Shown: positions 1 to 9,684, counted from the stretch's first letter. The stretch is 64,000 nucleotides of DNA from an uncultured delta proteobacterium (GCA_963823335.1 CAWGLD010000001.1:1536001-1600000), one strand, 5' to 3'. The notes: a model not told the origin generated them from the sequence alone. Made by a program: numbers and translations.

Positions 1-626
1 AGGAGCCGGTGCAGAAAAACGAGAAGATCATCATAATCCAGGAGACTGTGACCTGATTTGTATTGCTGATAATCGTTGTGAAGATTTACCATGGTGTCCA
101 TGTGCTGACTCAGGTGAGGATGGTCTTCATAGATGATATCGTCCACGGATAGAACCTTGTTTACCGACGCGCTGAAAATACTGGCCAGGGTCCGGTTTTT
201 TGGAAATGAGCGGTCCTTTAGCCCGGCACCCGATTCCTTTTTGAGGATGCTGATCAGATTTTCCATGTCCACGCGATCGATGATGGTAAAGGCGTTGTCC
301 AGGCCGATGCAGGAAGCATATCTACGCAGAACCGCATTGGCAAACGAGTGGAACGTCCCGCCTGATACGTCTTCGCAGCGGTTGTCCAGAAGGTCGGAAG
401 CCCGCTTCAGCATTTCCTGGGAAGCCCTGCGCGTGAATGTCAGCAGCAGAATGGACGCGGGGGAGATGCCGTCTTGCACCATTCTGGCGACCCGGTAGGT
501 CAATGTCCGGGTTTTTCCGCTCCCGGCACCGGCAATGACGAGAAGGGGGCCGTCATCAAATGAAACAGCTTCGTACTGGGGCTGATTGAGGACATCTTTA
601 TAGGCAATCATTGATTTTTGGCTCAT
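1..626 (-). CDS. ATP-dependent DNA helicase, UvrD/PcrA family (N-terminal part; runs off the left edge)
   Basis: Manual translation from ATG 626: MSQKSMIAYKDVLNQPQYEAV...GPLLVIAGAGSGKTRTLTYRVA...LLLTFTRRAS...GGTFHSF...LDYDDLL, matching SF1 helicase motifs Q, I, Ia and Ib. Absent from the ORF track because it is truncated. Confidence 0.93.
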   Translation of the reverse strand, partial: MSQKSMIAYKDVLNQPQYEAVSFDDGPLLVIAGAGSGKTRTLTYRVARMVQDGISPASILLLTFTRRASQEMLKRASDLLDNRCEDVSGGTFHSFANAVLRRYASCIGLDNAFTIIDRVDMENLISILKKESGAGLKDRSFPKNRTLASIFSASVNKVLSVDDIIYEDHPHLSQHMDTMVNLHNDYQQYKSGHSLLDYDDLLVFLHRL

Positions 627-643
627 AGGGATTATGTTAGTTT

Positions 644-738
644 TAAGGTTTAAGATTTAAGCTGTAAGCGATAAGCTGTTTTCGGTTTACGGCTTAATGC
701 TTACAGCTTACTGCTTGTCGTTTACGGCTGACAGTTTA
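644..738. repeat. Inverted array of degenerate heptamers (TAAGCTG-type facing CAGCTTA-type)
   Basis: taaggtt taagatt taagctg taagcga taagctg ... ttacggc ttaatgc ttacagc ttactgc, between the divergent helicase and peptidase genes. Confidence 0.7.
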
Positions 739-850
739 TAGTCGAGAGCTTACGCGAATGTCAAAATAAAATCGCTTTGCGATGTTATCGTGCGCGGCTG
801 CGCCGCTTTTTTTTGAACTAGGTACGGAACACAGATGCCAGGATGGTCGA

Positions 851-3724
851 ATGCATAAGAAAATAATATTTTCCATTATTCTGCTGGTCGGATTTTTTGG
901 CCCTTTTTGCCCTCATGACGCCGTTACCCTCATGGCAGTCCGTCACGATGCCATGGCGGCATCACAGTCTGCCTGGCCACATGAAAAAAGTGATTTGCCC
1001 TTGGATCCTGCAATCGTTTTCGGGCGGCTCGACAATGGTTTCCGGTATGTGCTGATGCAGAATCAGAATCCCAAGGACCGGGTGAGCCTGCACCTGAATA
1101 TTCAGGCCGGTTCGGTTAACGAGACAGATAGCCAACAGGGTCTGGCCCACTTTCTGGAGCATATGCTTTTCAATGGTTCGGAACATTTCGAACCGGGTGA
1201 ATTGGTAACATATTTTCAAAGCATCGGCATGCAATTCGGGCCGGATGCCAACGCGCACACCGGTTTTTTTGAAACGGTGTACGATATTTTCCTGCCGGAT
1301 GGTCATAAAGAAAGCTTTCAACAAGGCCTTCTGGTAATGCAGGATTATGCCAAAGGGGCGCTGCTTCTGGAATCGGAAATAGAACGCGAACGGAAAGTCA
1401 TCCTGGCTGAAAAACGACAGAGGGATTCGGCCTCATATCGTACATTTGTTTCGGGGCTCATGTTTGAACTGCCCGACGCCCGGATCACCCGACGGCTTCC
1501 CATCGGCAAAGAGGAGATTCTACAGCAGGCAAGCCAGGCAGATCTAAAAGCGTACTACGATACCTGGTATCGGCCGGAAACAATGATGCTGGTGGCTGTG
1601 GGTGCCTTTGACATGGACATGGCAGCAGCCCTGATTTCGGACTACTTCGCATCCTTTTCCCCCAGGACGGCGGAACTACCGGAAGTCGAATTTGGCGATG
1701 TACAGCACAAAGGCGTTCAGGTGTTTCATCACCATGAAGGGGAAGCCGGCAACACAACGGTTACCATTGAGGTGTTGAGCAAGGAACCGTTAAGACCGGA
1801 TACGCTGGCACTTCGCAAAGAGCGTATCAAAAGACGTATTGCCGACCAGATCGTGCAGAATCGGCTCGATGTGCTTATCGGAACACCCAAGACGCCCGGC
1901 ACGGCGGCCGGGATCGGTTCGGGTCTTTTCTTAAAACAGATAGCCTACGCCATGATATCGGCCGATGGCGCGCCCCAAGAGTGGAAGGCACTCCTGGGAT
2001 TCTTAGAGCAGCAGTTAAGACAAGCCCTTGTTTACGGTTTTACGGCCTCGGAACTGGAAAGAGTGAAGAAGGATGTCATTTCCAATCTTGAACAGGCAGA
2101 CAACCAAAAAGGAACAAGGGACAGCCAGTCACTGGCCCGTCATATGATAGGGGCGCTTAATTCAGATCGTGTCATACTTTCACCCACGTATGAAAAAGAC
2201 CTCATGGTACCCTTTGTGACATCGCTTACAATCGACGATGTGAACCGTGCTTTTCAGGAAACCTGGGCCCAGCATCACCGATTGATACAGGTCACTGGAA
2301 ATGCGGATCTTTCCCGGGAGGGAATTGATCCGGCTTTAGCCATTCTGCAGTCATACCAGGAGAGTATTCAGAAAAGCGTCATGCCATCGAAGGGAAAACA
2401 GGGTATCCATTTCCCCTATCTGCCGGAACCTGTCGAAAGGGGCCGTATTGTCAAAAAAACAAGACACGACGACCTTGATATCATCCAGATCGACTATGAG
2501 AATGGATTTCGATTGAACCTCAAGAAAACAGACTACAAGGACAATGAGATTCTGGCGGCATTGTCTTTCGGGAAAGGGAGGTTCAGCGAACCTCCTGAGC
2601 TGGCCGGTCTTGCCGAACTTTCCATCGAAGTGGTGAATGAAAGTGGACTGGGTTCTCTCGACAGGAGAGCCCTTGAAGCCGCCCTGGCCGGAACCCAGAG
2701 CCAGGTTGTTTTCGGTATCGATGAGGCCATGTTCATGCTGAATGGGGAATCCATCCCGGAAGAACTGCCGCTGTTGTTCCAGCTTTTGTATGCGCACGTC
2801 AAGGATCCCGGTTTTCGGGAAGAGGCTTATGATCTGGTGATGAACCAGTTCGAGAATCAATATGAAACGATTTCACACACCCTCGACGGTGTTATAAGCC
2901 TTCAGGGAAAAAGATTTCTGGCCGGTGGAGACAGCCGTTTTGGGTTGCCCCCCCATGATGGGTTCAAGAAACTGGGTCTAAATGATGTGCGCGATTGGAT
3001 CGGCAGGGCTCTGTCCGGCTCTGATTTTGAACTGTCACTTGTGGGTGATTTTGATGTGGACACGGCTATCCAGCTGGCCTCACAATATTTCGGTATGCTG
3101 CCTCCGGCAGAAAATATGATCCACGAAAGAACCGCGGGACCTGTTTTCCCTTCTGGGGAGCACCTGCGTGTGGTTGTTGACACCAAAATACCCAATGGAC
3201 TGGTGTATGTTTCCTATGCCACCGACGACATATGGGATATTCGCAAGACCCGTCGACTGAATGTTCTGGCAGATGTGTTTTCGGAAAGGATGCGGGTTCA
3301 AATCCGGGAAAAGCTAGGCGAAGCGTATTCGCCTTTTGCATACAACATGGCCAGCCGCATCCATAAGGGGTATGGTGTTTTCAATGCCGTTGTCGAAGTT
3401 GTTCCGGCCAGGGCGCAACTGGTTGTGGATGAGATTCAAAAAATTGCCCGGGACCTGTCCTCGGGCGGCATTTCACCGGACGAGATTGCCCGGAGTCTGG
3501 GGCCTACCCTGAACAGCATCAAGGATATGCGGCAGCGGAACGGCTACTGGCTGAAAACGGTTCTTGTGGGATCCAAACGAAACCCCGAAAAAATCGAATG
3601 GAGCCGATCCATTCTCTCCGATTATGGCGCCATCACATCGGAGGAACTGGAAGGTCTTTCAAAGCGATATCTGGTCAATGACAGCGCTGCTTTTATCATA
3701 GCACTCCCCACTGCTGTGGACTGA
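851..3724 (+). CDS. M16 family zinc peptidase (PqqL/insulinase-like), probably exported
   Basis: Inverted zinc motif GLAHFLEHMLFNGS, G...NAHT, RLPIG, and IREKLG..YS in the C-terminal half; hydrophobic N-terminus. Start uncertain (782/851/931). Confidence 0.92.
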   Translation: MHKKIIFSIILLVGFFGPFCPHDAVTLMAVRHDAMAASQSAWPHEKSDLPLDPAIVFGRLDNGFRYVLMQNQNPKDRVSLHLNIQAGSVNETDSQQGLAHFLEHMLFNGSEHFEPGELVTYFQSIGMQFGPDANAHTGFFETVYDIFLPDGHKESFQQGLLVMQDYAKGALLLESEIERERKVILAEKRQRDSASYRTFVSGLMFELPDARITRRLPIGKEEILQQASQADLKAYYDTWYRPETMMLVAVGAFDMDMAAALISDYFASFSPRTAELPEVEFGDVQHKGVQVFHHHEGEAGNTTVTIEVLSKEPLRPDTLALRKERIKRRIADQIVQNRLDVLIGTPKTPGTAAGIGSGLFLKQIAYAMISADGAPQEWKALLGFLEQQLRQALVYGFTASELERVKKDVISNLEQADNQKGTRDSQSLARHMIGALNSDRVILSPTYEKDLMVPFVTSLTIDDVNRAFQETWAQHHRLIQVTGNADLSREGIDPALAILQSYQESIQKSVMPSKGKQGIHFPYLPEPVERGRIVKKTRHDDLDIIQIDYENGFRLNLKKTDYKDNEILAALSFGKGRFSEPPELAGLAELSIEVVNESGLGSLDRRALEAALAGTQSQVVFGIDEAMFMLNGESIPEELPLLFQLLYAHVKDPGFREEAYDLVMNQFENQYETISHTLDGVISLQGKRFLAGGDSRFGLPPHDGFKKLGLNDVRDWIGRALSGSDFELSLVGDFDVDTAIQLASQYFGMLPPAENMIHERTAGPVFPSGEHLRVVVDTKIPNGLVYVSYATDDIWDIRKTRRLNVLADVFSERMRVQIREKLGEAYSPFAYNMASRIHKGYGVFNAVVEVVPARAQLVVDEIQKIARDLSSGGISPDEIARSLGPTLNSIKDMRQRNGYWLKTVLVGSKRNPEKIEWSRSILSDYGAITSEELEGLSKRYLVNDSAAFIIALPTAVD

Positions 3725-3731
3725 TTTCCCC

Positions 3732-3760
3732 TTGACAAAAAAAGGAACACTATGTACTAG
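3732..3760 (+). promoter_or_regulatory. Putative sigma70 promoter of the qrc operon
   Basis: TTGACA (3732-3737), 17-bp spacer, TACTAG (3755-3760). Confidence 0.5.
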
Positions 3761-3834
3761 ATCGCAGGTTATTTGGGCCCATTGGTTTTTCCCATTCCTT
3801 TCAAAACCCATGGGCTCAAATCTCTTTGCCTGGG

Positions 3835-3956
3835 TTGAACCGCAACAGCGAGCGCATTTCCCGTGGGTTCTGCCGCGGGGCTAGCGAGCGAATCTAAATT
3901 AGACAGAATTCCTTACGGTCGAAGATTCCTCGCAGCTTGCTGCGAGGAATCTTCAA
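3835..3956 (+). repeat. ~120-bp non-coding dispersed element with TTGAA...TTCAA ends and two GC-rich hairpins (copy 1)
   Basis: Closely similar inverted copy at 28697-28815; hairpin ATTCCTCGCAGCTTGCTGCGAGGAAT. Confidence 0.8.
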
Positions 3957-4038
3957 TGTTTTACTTTGCAAAGGTTCAATTTAGGTTTGTCCCGAGAGCG
4001 TTGCTTCGATGTTTAACCACAGATTCAACGGAGTTTTC

Positions 4039-4701
4039 ATGAGCAAACAAGAGGATCAAACCACTGCGGTCGACGCCAAGGAGACCCAAAGACCCGCCGG
4101 ACCCGTTATCTTATTTTTTATCATCGGTTTTGCAGCCAGCCTCGTTGTCGGTTGGGGCATCTTCCCAAAACTGCTGTACTCCCAAAAACACCAGCCAGTT
4201 GAATTCAACCATGTTCTCCATCAAGAAGAGGTGAGTGATGGCTGTGAGAGCTGTCACTATTTTCGTGAGGACGGTTCTTTTGCAGGGATTCCGACCTTGG
4301 AAAGCTGTATGGAGTGCCATGAAGAGGCCCTGGGGGAAAGCGAGGCCGAAGAAACGTTCATCGAGGAATACGTGACACCGGAACGCGAAATCCCCTGGCT
4401 GGTCTATTCCAGACAACCCGCCTGTGTATATTTTCCACATGCCGCCCATGTCATTAAAGCGGAAATGGCCTGTGAAACATGTCATGGGGATATTGGAGAT
4501 TCCGATCACATGAAAGTGTATGAAGAAAACCGTATCACGGGCTACAGTCGTGATATCTGGGGTAAAAACATGATCGGTTTGAAAAAGAACACATGGGATC
4601 GGATGAAAATGGATGATTGCTCGGCGTGCCACGTCAAAGAGAACGTCCGCCAGGGGAGTGTCCAGACCAAAAAGGGCGGATGTTTCGTATGCCACAAGTA
4701 G
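4039..4701 (+). CDS. qrcA: Menaquinone reductase QrcA, membrane-anchored multiheme cytochrome c
   Basis: One TM helix followed by five CxxCH motifs (CESCH, CMECH, CETCH, CSACH, CFVCH); GGAG RBS before ATG 4039; first gene of a QrcABCD-type arrangement. Confidence 0.9.
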   Translation: MSKQEDQTTAVDAKETQRPAGPVILFFIIGFAASLVVGWGIFPKLLYSQKHQPVEFNHVLHQEEVSDGCESCHYFREDGSFAGIPTLESCMECHEEALGESEAEETFIEEYVTPEREIPWLVYSRQPACVYFPHAAHVIKAEMACETCHGDIGDSDHMKVYEENRITGYSRDIWGKNMIGLKKNTWDRMKMDDCSACHVKENVRQGSVQTKKGGCFVCHK

Positions 4702-4784
4702 TCTGCGGTCTATTCGATCTTGAGCGGGCAGGGATAATTAATTGATGGCGATACAGATTCCTTTTTCACTTTAGGGGAAAATTT

Positions 4785-7001
4785 ATGAAAATTGACAGAA
4801 GATGTTTTTTGTCCTTGGTAGTAGGCGGCGCCGCTGGAACGGCGTTGACACCCATGCCTTGGAAACTGACGGACGACAGTTCCATCTGGTCACAGAATTG
4901 GCCTTGGACGCCTGTTGTTGCAAAAGGTGAAACATTTTATGAAACATCCGCATGCACCCTCTGTCCCGGCGGATGCGGTATTACCGTTCGCATGGTCGAT
5001 GACAGAACAATCAAGATTGAAGGCCAGCCAGGTCATCCTGTCAATGACGGCGGTGTGTGTGTGCTGGGATTGTCCGGGCTGCAGCTCCTCTACAGCCCCA
5101 CTCGTGTGACGAAGCCCATGAAACGCGTCGGTAACAGGGGCGGTGGTAACTGGGAATCCATTTCGTGGGATGATGCCATTGGCGAGATTGTCGCCAAACT
5201 ATCCGATCTGAGGGCTAATGACCAACCACAAAAGGTCGGATGTATTTCAGGGGACCGATACGGCACCATATCCGAACTTTTCAAACGCCTGATGACGGCC
5301 TACGGGTCACCCAACGCAATGACGGTTCCATCCCTGCAGGACTCCCTCCAGCTTACCATGAAAATCATGCAGGGGTCCGATGCCGTGTTCGGGTATGATC
5401 TTGAAAATGCAGATTTTATTTTAAGTTTCGGTAGTGGTCTTATCGAGGGCTGGGGCTCTCCGGTGAGGATGTTCAAAGCCAACAGCGGATGGAAGGAGAA
5501 CGGTATCGAGATCGTTCAAATCGAACCGCGTCTGTCCAACACGGCAGCCAAGTCAGATCAATGGATCGCCATCAAGCCTGGAACAGAAGCCGCCTTGGCC
5601 ATGGGGCTCATGCATGTCATGATCAGCGATGGCCTTTACGACAGTAATTTTATCGAACAGCATGCCGGCGGGTTTTCCGGTTGGAAAGCCCTTGTCATGG
5701 AAGATTACACCCCGGACAAAGTCAGTGCAATAACCGGTGTTCCGGTGTCCGTGATTCAAAAACTGGCCATACAGTTTTCAGAGGCTGCCCGTCCATTGGC
5801 ACTTTGCGGAAGGGGTCAGGGCGATGAACCGTTTGCCTTGAAAGAGGCCATGGCCATACATGCCTTGAATGCCTTGGTGGGAAATCTCAATCAGCCCGGA
5901 GGTCTGTGGGCGGTTCCGAAACCGGATTACATTGATTGGCCTGATGCAGCAATGGACAATGTCTCCGAAAACGGCCTGGCAGCCCAACGAATCGATGGTG
6001 CCGGCAGCGCTAAATATCCTCTGGCATCCTCGTTGCTGAATCGCCTGCCCGATGCCGAGAGCGCCTACTCTCTGGAAGCGCTGTTGATATCCAATGCAAA
6101 TCCATATTACACCATGACCAATGCCCGATCTTTTCAAGAACAAATAGAAAAAATACCCTTTGTGGTCAGTTTTTCATCTTATATGGACGAGACTGCCATG
6201 TATGCGGATCTCATATTACCAAATCATTGTTTTCTCGAGCGTTACGAAGATGTTCCGGTTACGGCCGGTCTGTCACGGCCGCTTATCGGCCTGGCTCGAC
6301 CTGTTGTCGACCCCTTGTTTGACACGATGCATGTCGGGGACGTGATCATTCGGATAGCACAAGAGCTGGGGGGCAGCATTGCGGATTCATTTCCGTGGGA
6401 AAACTATGAGGCCTGCCTCGAAGAAACCCTGGGGGAGAAATGGGAAACTCTCGATGAAGAGGGTTTCTGGGTGGATGAGGACTTTCAGGCTGCAGCCTGG
6501 GAAGATGCATTTACAACGGAATCGGGAAAATTTGAATTCGGTTATGCATCTCTGGACCTTTCTCCTGGATACAACGGTCTAAGCCCGGAAGGTGACGAGA
6601 CATCGTATCCCCTGATACTCATCCCATATGACTGCATGCGTCTGGCCAACGATGCCGTCACCAACCCGCCGTTTGTCATGAAAACCGTCGAGGATACGGT
6701 TTTAAAGGGCAATTTCGGCCTGGTGGAAGTGAATCCTGAAACGGCCAGATCCCTGGGACTTTCGGAAGGAAGTGTTGCCCAGCTAAAAACACCCAAAGGT
6801 GAGTCCAGGGTAAAAATTCACCTTTATCATGGTATTATGCCCGGTGTTGTGGCCATGCCCAAAGGCTTGGGCCATCATACCAAAGACCGGTTTACGGCAG
6901 GCAAAGGAAGCAACATTAAAGAGCTCATGGGTCCGGTTGAGGATCAGGCTTCTGGTTTGGATGTCGCTTGGGGAATTCGGGCAAAGCTGACAAAAGCCTA
7001 A
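4785..7001 (+). CDS. qrcB: Menaquinone reductase QrcB, molybdopterin-oxidoreductase-like subunit
   Basis: Tat signal DRRCFL; WSQNWPW motif; CTLCPGGC...C; MopB-type body and C-terminal domain; synteny. Confidence 0.9.
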   Translation: MKIDRRCFLSLVVGGAAGTALTPMPWKLTDDSSIWSQNWPWTPVVAKGETFYETSACTLCPGGCGITVRMVDDRTIKIEGQPGHPVNDGGVCVLGLSGLQLLYSPTRVTKPMKRVGNRGGGNWESISWDDAIGEIVAKLSDLRANDQPQKVGCISGDRYGTISELFKRLMTAYGSPNAMTVPSLQDSLQLTMKIMQGSDAVFGYDLENADFILSFGSGLIEGWGSPVRMFKANSGWKENGIEIVQIEPRLSNTAAKSDQWIAIKPGTEAALAMGLMHVMISDGLYDSNFIEQHAGGFSGWKALVMEDYTPDKVSAITGVPVSVIQKLAIQFSEAARPLALCGRGQGDEPFALKEAMAIHALNALVGNLNQPGGLWAVPKPDYIDWPDAAMDNVSENGLAAQRIDGAGSAKYPLASSLLNRLPDAESAYSLEALLISNANPYYTMTNARSFQEQIEKIPFVVSFSSYMDETAMYADLILPNHCFLERYEDVPVTAGLSRPLIGLARPVVDPLFDTMHVGDVIIRIAQELGGSIADSFPWENYEACLEETLGEKWETLDEEGFWVDEDFQAAAWEDAFTTESGKFEFGYASLDLSPGYNGLSPEGDETSYPLILIPYDCMRLANDAVTNPPFVMKTVEDTVLKGNFGLVEVNPETARSLGLSEGSVAQLKTPKGESRVKIHLYHGIMPGVVAMPKGLGHHTKDRFTAGKGSNIKELMGPVEDQASGLDVAWGIRAKLTKA

Positions 7002-7020
7002 CAGATTATATGAGGGACGA

Positions 7021-7836
7021 ATGAAAGAAGCACAGATGCACAATGAAGCCAAAAAGTATGGCATGGTTATCGATTTGGATAAATGTACCGGGTGCGGCGC
7101 ATGCATGGTGGCATGTATGGCTGAAAACAATGTCCCTTTCCGGGATGACGAGACGGACAAACTGCTCAGCGTCGCCTGGATGCGTGTATTCAAGATGACA
7201 AATGGAAAAGCCTTTCCGGATACGGATATCTGCTATATTCCCAGACCCTGCATGCACTGTGAAGGTCACCAGGGGCATTCGCCTTGTGTGTCGGTGTGTC
7301 CTGCCACTGCCACGGACTACGACAACCTCACCGGTATTGTCAGTCAAATCTATACCCGCTGTTTCGGATGCCGGTATTGCATGGCTGCCTGCCCATACCA
7401 TGCGCGTGTTTTCAACTGGTGGGACCCGGTCTGGCCGGCTGGCATGGAAAAAACCTTGAACCCCGACGTTTCGGTTCGTATGCGGGGTGTCGTAGAAAAA
7501 TGCAGTTTCTGTTTTCACAGATATCAGAGAGCCATGGAAACGGCGCACTATGAAGACCGTACAGAACTGGAGGAAGACGAGTACAAAACATCCTGCACAC
7601 AGGCGTGCCCGGCTGGTGCCATTACCTTTGGCGATTTGAACAACCCGGACCATGCGGTAAGCCAGCTTGTAAAACCGGATAACCAGCATGGCGGAAAGCC
7701 TAAAAGCCCGAAGGCCTTCAGGCTTCTGGAAAGACTGGGTACCAACCCGAAGGTCTACTATCTTTCGAGTCGTGAGTGGGTTCGGAAAGCCGGGGACAAC
7801 TATGTCAAAAATGAAAAAATGTCCGGCGGACACTAA
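7021..7836 (+). CDS. qrcC: Menaquinone reductase QrcC, 4Fe-4S subunit (NrfC/DmsB family)
   Basis: CTGCGAC..C, PCMHC..PCVSVCP, CFGCRYCMAACPY, KCSFC...CTQACP. Confidence 0.92.
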   Translation: MKEAQMHNEAKKYGMVIDLDKCTGCGACMVACMAENNVPFRDDETDKLLSVAWMRVFKMTNGKAFPDTDICYIPRPCMHCEGHQGHSPCVSVCPATATDYDNLTGIVSQIYTRCFGCRYCMAACPYHARVFNWWDPVWPAGMEKTLNPDVSVRMRGVVEKCSFCFHRYQRAMETAHYEDRTELEEDEYKTSCTQACPAGAITFGDLNNPDHAVSQLVKPDNQHGGKPKSPKAFRLLERLGTNPKVYYLSSREWVRKAGDNYVKNEKMSGGH

Positions 7837-7874
7837 TATATATCTTTAGATCATCTAAATAAGTTGATCTAAAA

Positions 7875-7963
7875 AAAGATTCGAGGATTCCAGGGGTCCA
7901 GGATTCGAGTGACTGGAAAACAAACACTTGGAGCCTTGAATCCTCGACCCCTGGAACCCTTTC
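7875..7963. repeat. REP-like inverted repeat built from octamers (GATTCGAG/GGTTCCAG type) between qrcC and qrcD
   Basis: gattcgag gattccag gggtccag gattcgag ... cttggagc cttgaatc ctcgaccc ctggaacc; a left-arm copy lies at 28675-28698. Confidence 0.7.
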
Positions 7964-8016
7964 TCACAACTCGTTGGGAGAAGAGCCAAATATTTTTATT
8001 GAGGAGCACTTGACTT

Positions 8017-9348
8017 ATGGATTCTGCATTAATACCCGATGGCGTTAAACGATGTCCCATCTGGCAGTTTGGCTTGGCCATAGCCATAGTGGGGGGGGTT
8101 TTACTTTGGGGCGTATTTGCCATGCTGCTGGTTTGGATCAAGGGATTGAACCAGACCAACATGAACAATGCCTATGGATTTGCGTTGTGGATATGGGCGG
8201 ATCTTGGGGTCATTGCCCTTGGTGGCGGTGCCTTTTTTACCGGTCTCATGCGATATGTGTTCGGTAAGGAAGAGCTCAAATATATCATCAACTATGCGGT
8301 ATTGATCGGATTTATCTGCTACAGTTCGGCATTGCTGATCCTTGCTATCGATATCGGCCAGCCCCTGCGCGGGTGGTTTATCTTCTGGCATGCCAATGTT
8401 CACTCCATGCTGACGGAAGTGGCCTTCTGTCTGACATGTTATTTCGGCGTACTGTGTGTTGAATATTTACCATTGATTCTCGAAAACAAGCAGGTGGACA
8501 GGGTTCCCTTTTTTCATAATTTGAGTCACAACATGCACGAAATCATGGTTGTTTTTGCTGCGACCGGTGCTTTTTTATCTTTCTTTCATCAGGGATCTCT
8601 GGGAGGCGTTGCGGGCGTGCTGTTTGGACGGCCCTTTGGATATCGTGAACATATCTTTATCTGGCCCTACACCTTTTTTCTTTTCACCTGGTCAGCGGCA
8701 GCCTGTGGCCCCTGTTTTACCATCCTGGTAACCAAACTGACCGAAAAGATTGCCGGCAAGAAGCTGGTCAAGGACAATGTTATTGAGCTTCTGGCCAAGA
8801 TTGCCGGATGGATGCTGGCCACGTACGTCATTGCCAAGCTCATCGATACCTGGTACTGGGCGACCGTTACGGCGCCGTCCAAAGGCTATGTTCTGATGGA
8901 TTTCTACACCAACAACCCGGATTCGGTTTACGGCATCTGGATACTGATTCTCGAAGTCGGTGTGTGCGGGGTTCTCCCGGCCCTCATTCTCATTACGGAT
9001 AAGGGGCGTAAAACACCGGCAACTTTGTGGACCGCCGTGATACTGGCTTCTCTGGGGGTTCTTTTGAACCGGTGGGTGATGGTCCTTCAGGTGCTTGCGG
9101 TCCCCGTTATGACATTTGAAGCCTGGTCTACCTATTTTCCGAGCTGGCAGGAAATTGCCACCACGATCCTGCCCGTGGCCTACGGTGTGATCCTGGTCCT
9201 GATATCATACCGGTATCTGCCGATATTTCCCCAGGAGGCCGAACTGAACCCCATCGAGGAGCCGGCACCACCCGTGGAAATAGCGGAAGTAACGGAAAAG
9301 GAAGATGGCGAGGTGGCTGCTCCGGAAGGGGAGCTGTCGCCGGCATAA
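8017..9348 (+). CDS. qrcD: Menaquinone reductase QrcD, NrfD-family integral membrane subunit
   Basis: Many TM helices; WIWADLGVIALGGGAF, DIGQPLR, HQGSLGG, YFPSWQE motifs; GAGGAG RBS. Confidence 0.92.
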   Translation: MDSALIPDGVKRCPIWQFGLAIAIVGGVLLWGVFAMLLVWIKGLNQTNMNNAYGFALWIWADLGVIALGGGAFFTGLMRYVFGKEELKYIINYAVLIGFICYSSALLILAIDIGQPLRGWFIFWHANVHSMLTEVAFCLTCYFGVLCVEYLPLILENKQVDRVPFFHNLSHNMHEIMVVFAATGAFLSFFHQGSLGGVAGVLFGRPFGYREHIFIWPYTFFLFTWSAAACGPCFTILVTKLTEKIAGKKLVKDNVIELLAKIAGWMLATYVIAKLIDTWYWATVTAPSKGYVLMDFYTNNPDSVYGIWILILEVGVCGVLPALILITDKGRKTPATLWTAVILASLGVLLNRWVMVLQVLAVPVMTFEAWSTYFPSWQEIATTILPVAYGVILVLISYRYLPIFPQEAELNPIEEPAPPVEIAEVTEKEDGEVAAPEGELSPA

Positions 9349-9449
9349 CAGGCACTAAAGACGTCAACTAATTCATTGGCAGACGGAAATTGTCGGCCTT
9401 AGGTTGCTCGCTCCCTTTGCTTGTTTCATAGGGCTGTATATTTTATAAA

Positions 9450-9490
9450 GCGACAATGTCGCGTTTGATAAAATCGTCAAACGATTTTAT
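9450..9490. repeat. 41-bp double-hairpin repeat (copy 1)
   Basis: GCGAC-aat-GTCGC plus ATAAAATCG-tcaaa-CGATTTTAT; similar copy at 61482-61522; second hairpin alone at 33389-33412. Confidence 0.6.
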
Positions 9491-9503
9491 AAGGAGAAGC
9501 ATC

Positions 9504-9665
9504 ATGTTTCCGGTTATCAGTTTTGAATGGATTTGGGATATGAGCCACATCGTGTTTCACGGTGGTCTCTGGTATGCACTGTCGATTATCGGTATGGGGA
9601 TGACCTACTGCATTATCAAAGCAGCGTATGACACCTGTAAAGGATCAGGCGGCGACCATCACTGA
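9504..9665 (+). CDS. Small single-TM membrane protein (53 aa) after qrcD
   Basis: AAGGAG RBS at 9491-9496; MFPVISFEWIWDMSHIVFHGGLWYALSIIGMGMTYCIIKAAYD...; lies before the terminator. Confidence 0.75.
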   Translation: MFPVISFEWIWDMSHIVFHGGLWYALSIIGMGMTYCIIKAAYDTCKGSGGDHH

Positions 9666-9684
9666 TCCTATGTATTTGAAAAAC

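Noticed and set aside
133-498. Plus-strand 121-aa ORF and the many other short overlapping ORFs in the track
   Set aside because: They are antisense or off-frame shadows of well-supported genes (here the helicase) and show no recognisable motifs.
4785-7001. Catalytic molybdoenzyme such as formate dehydrogenase or polysulfide reductase
   Set aside because: Gene order and motifs match QrcB, which is reported to lack the Mo cofactor. Cofactor status cannot be judged from this sequence.
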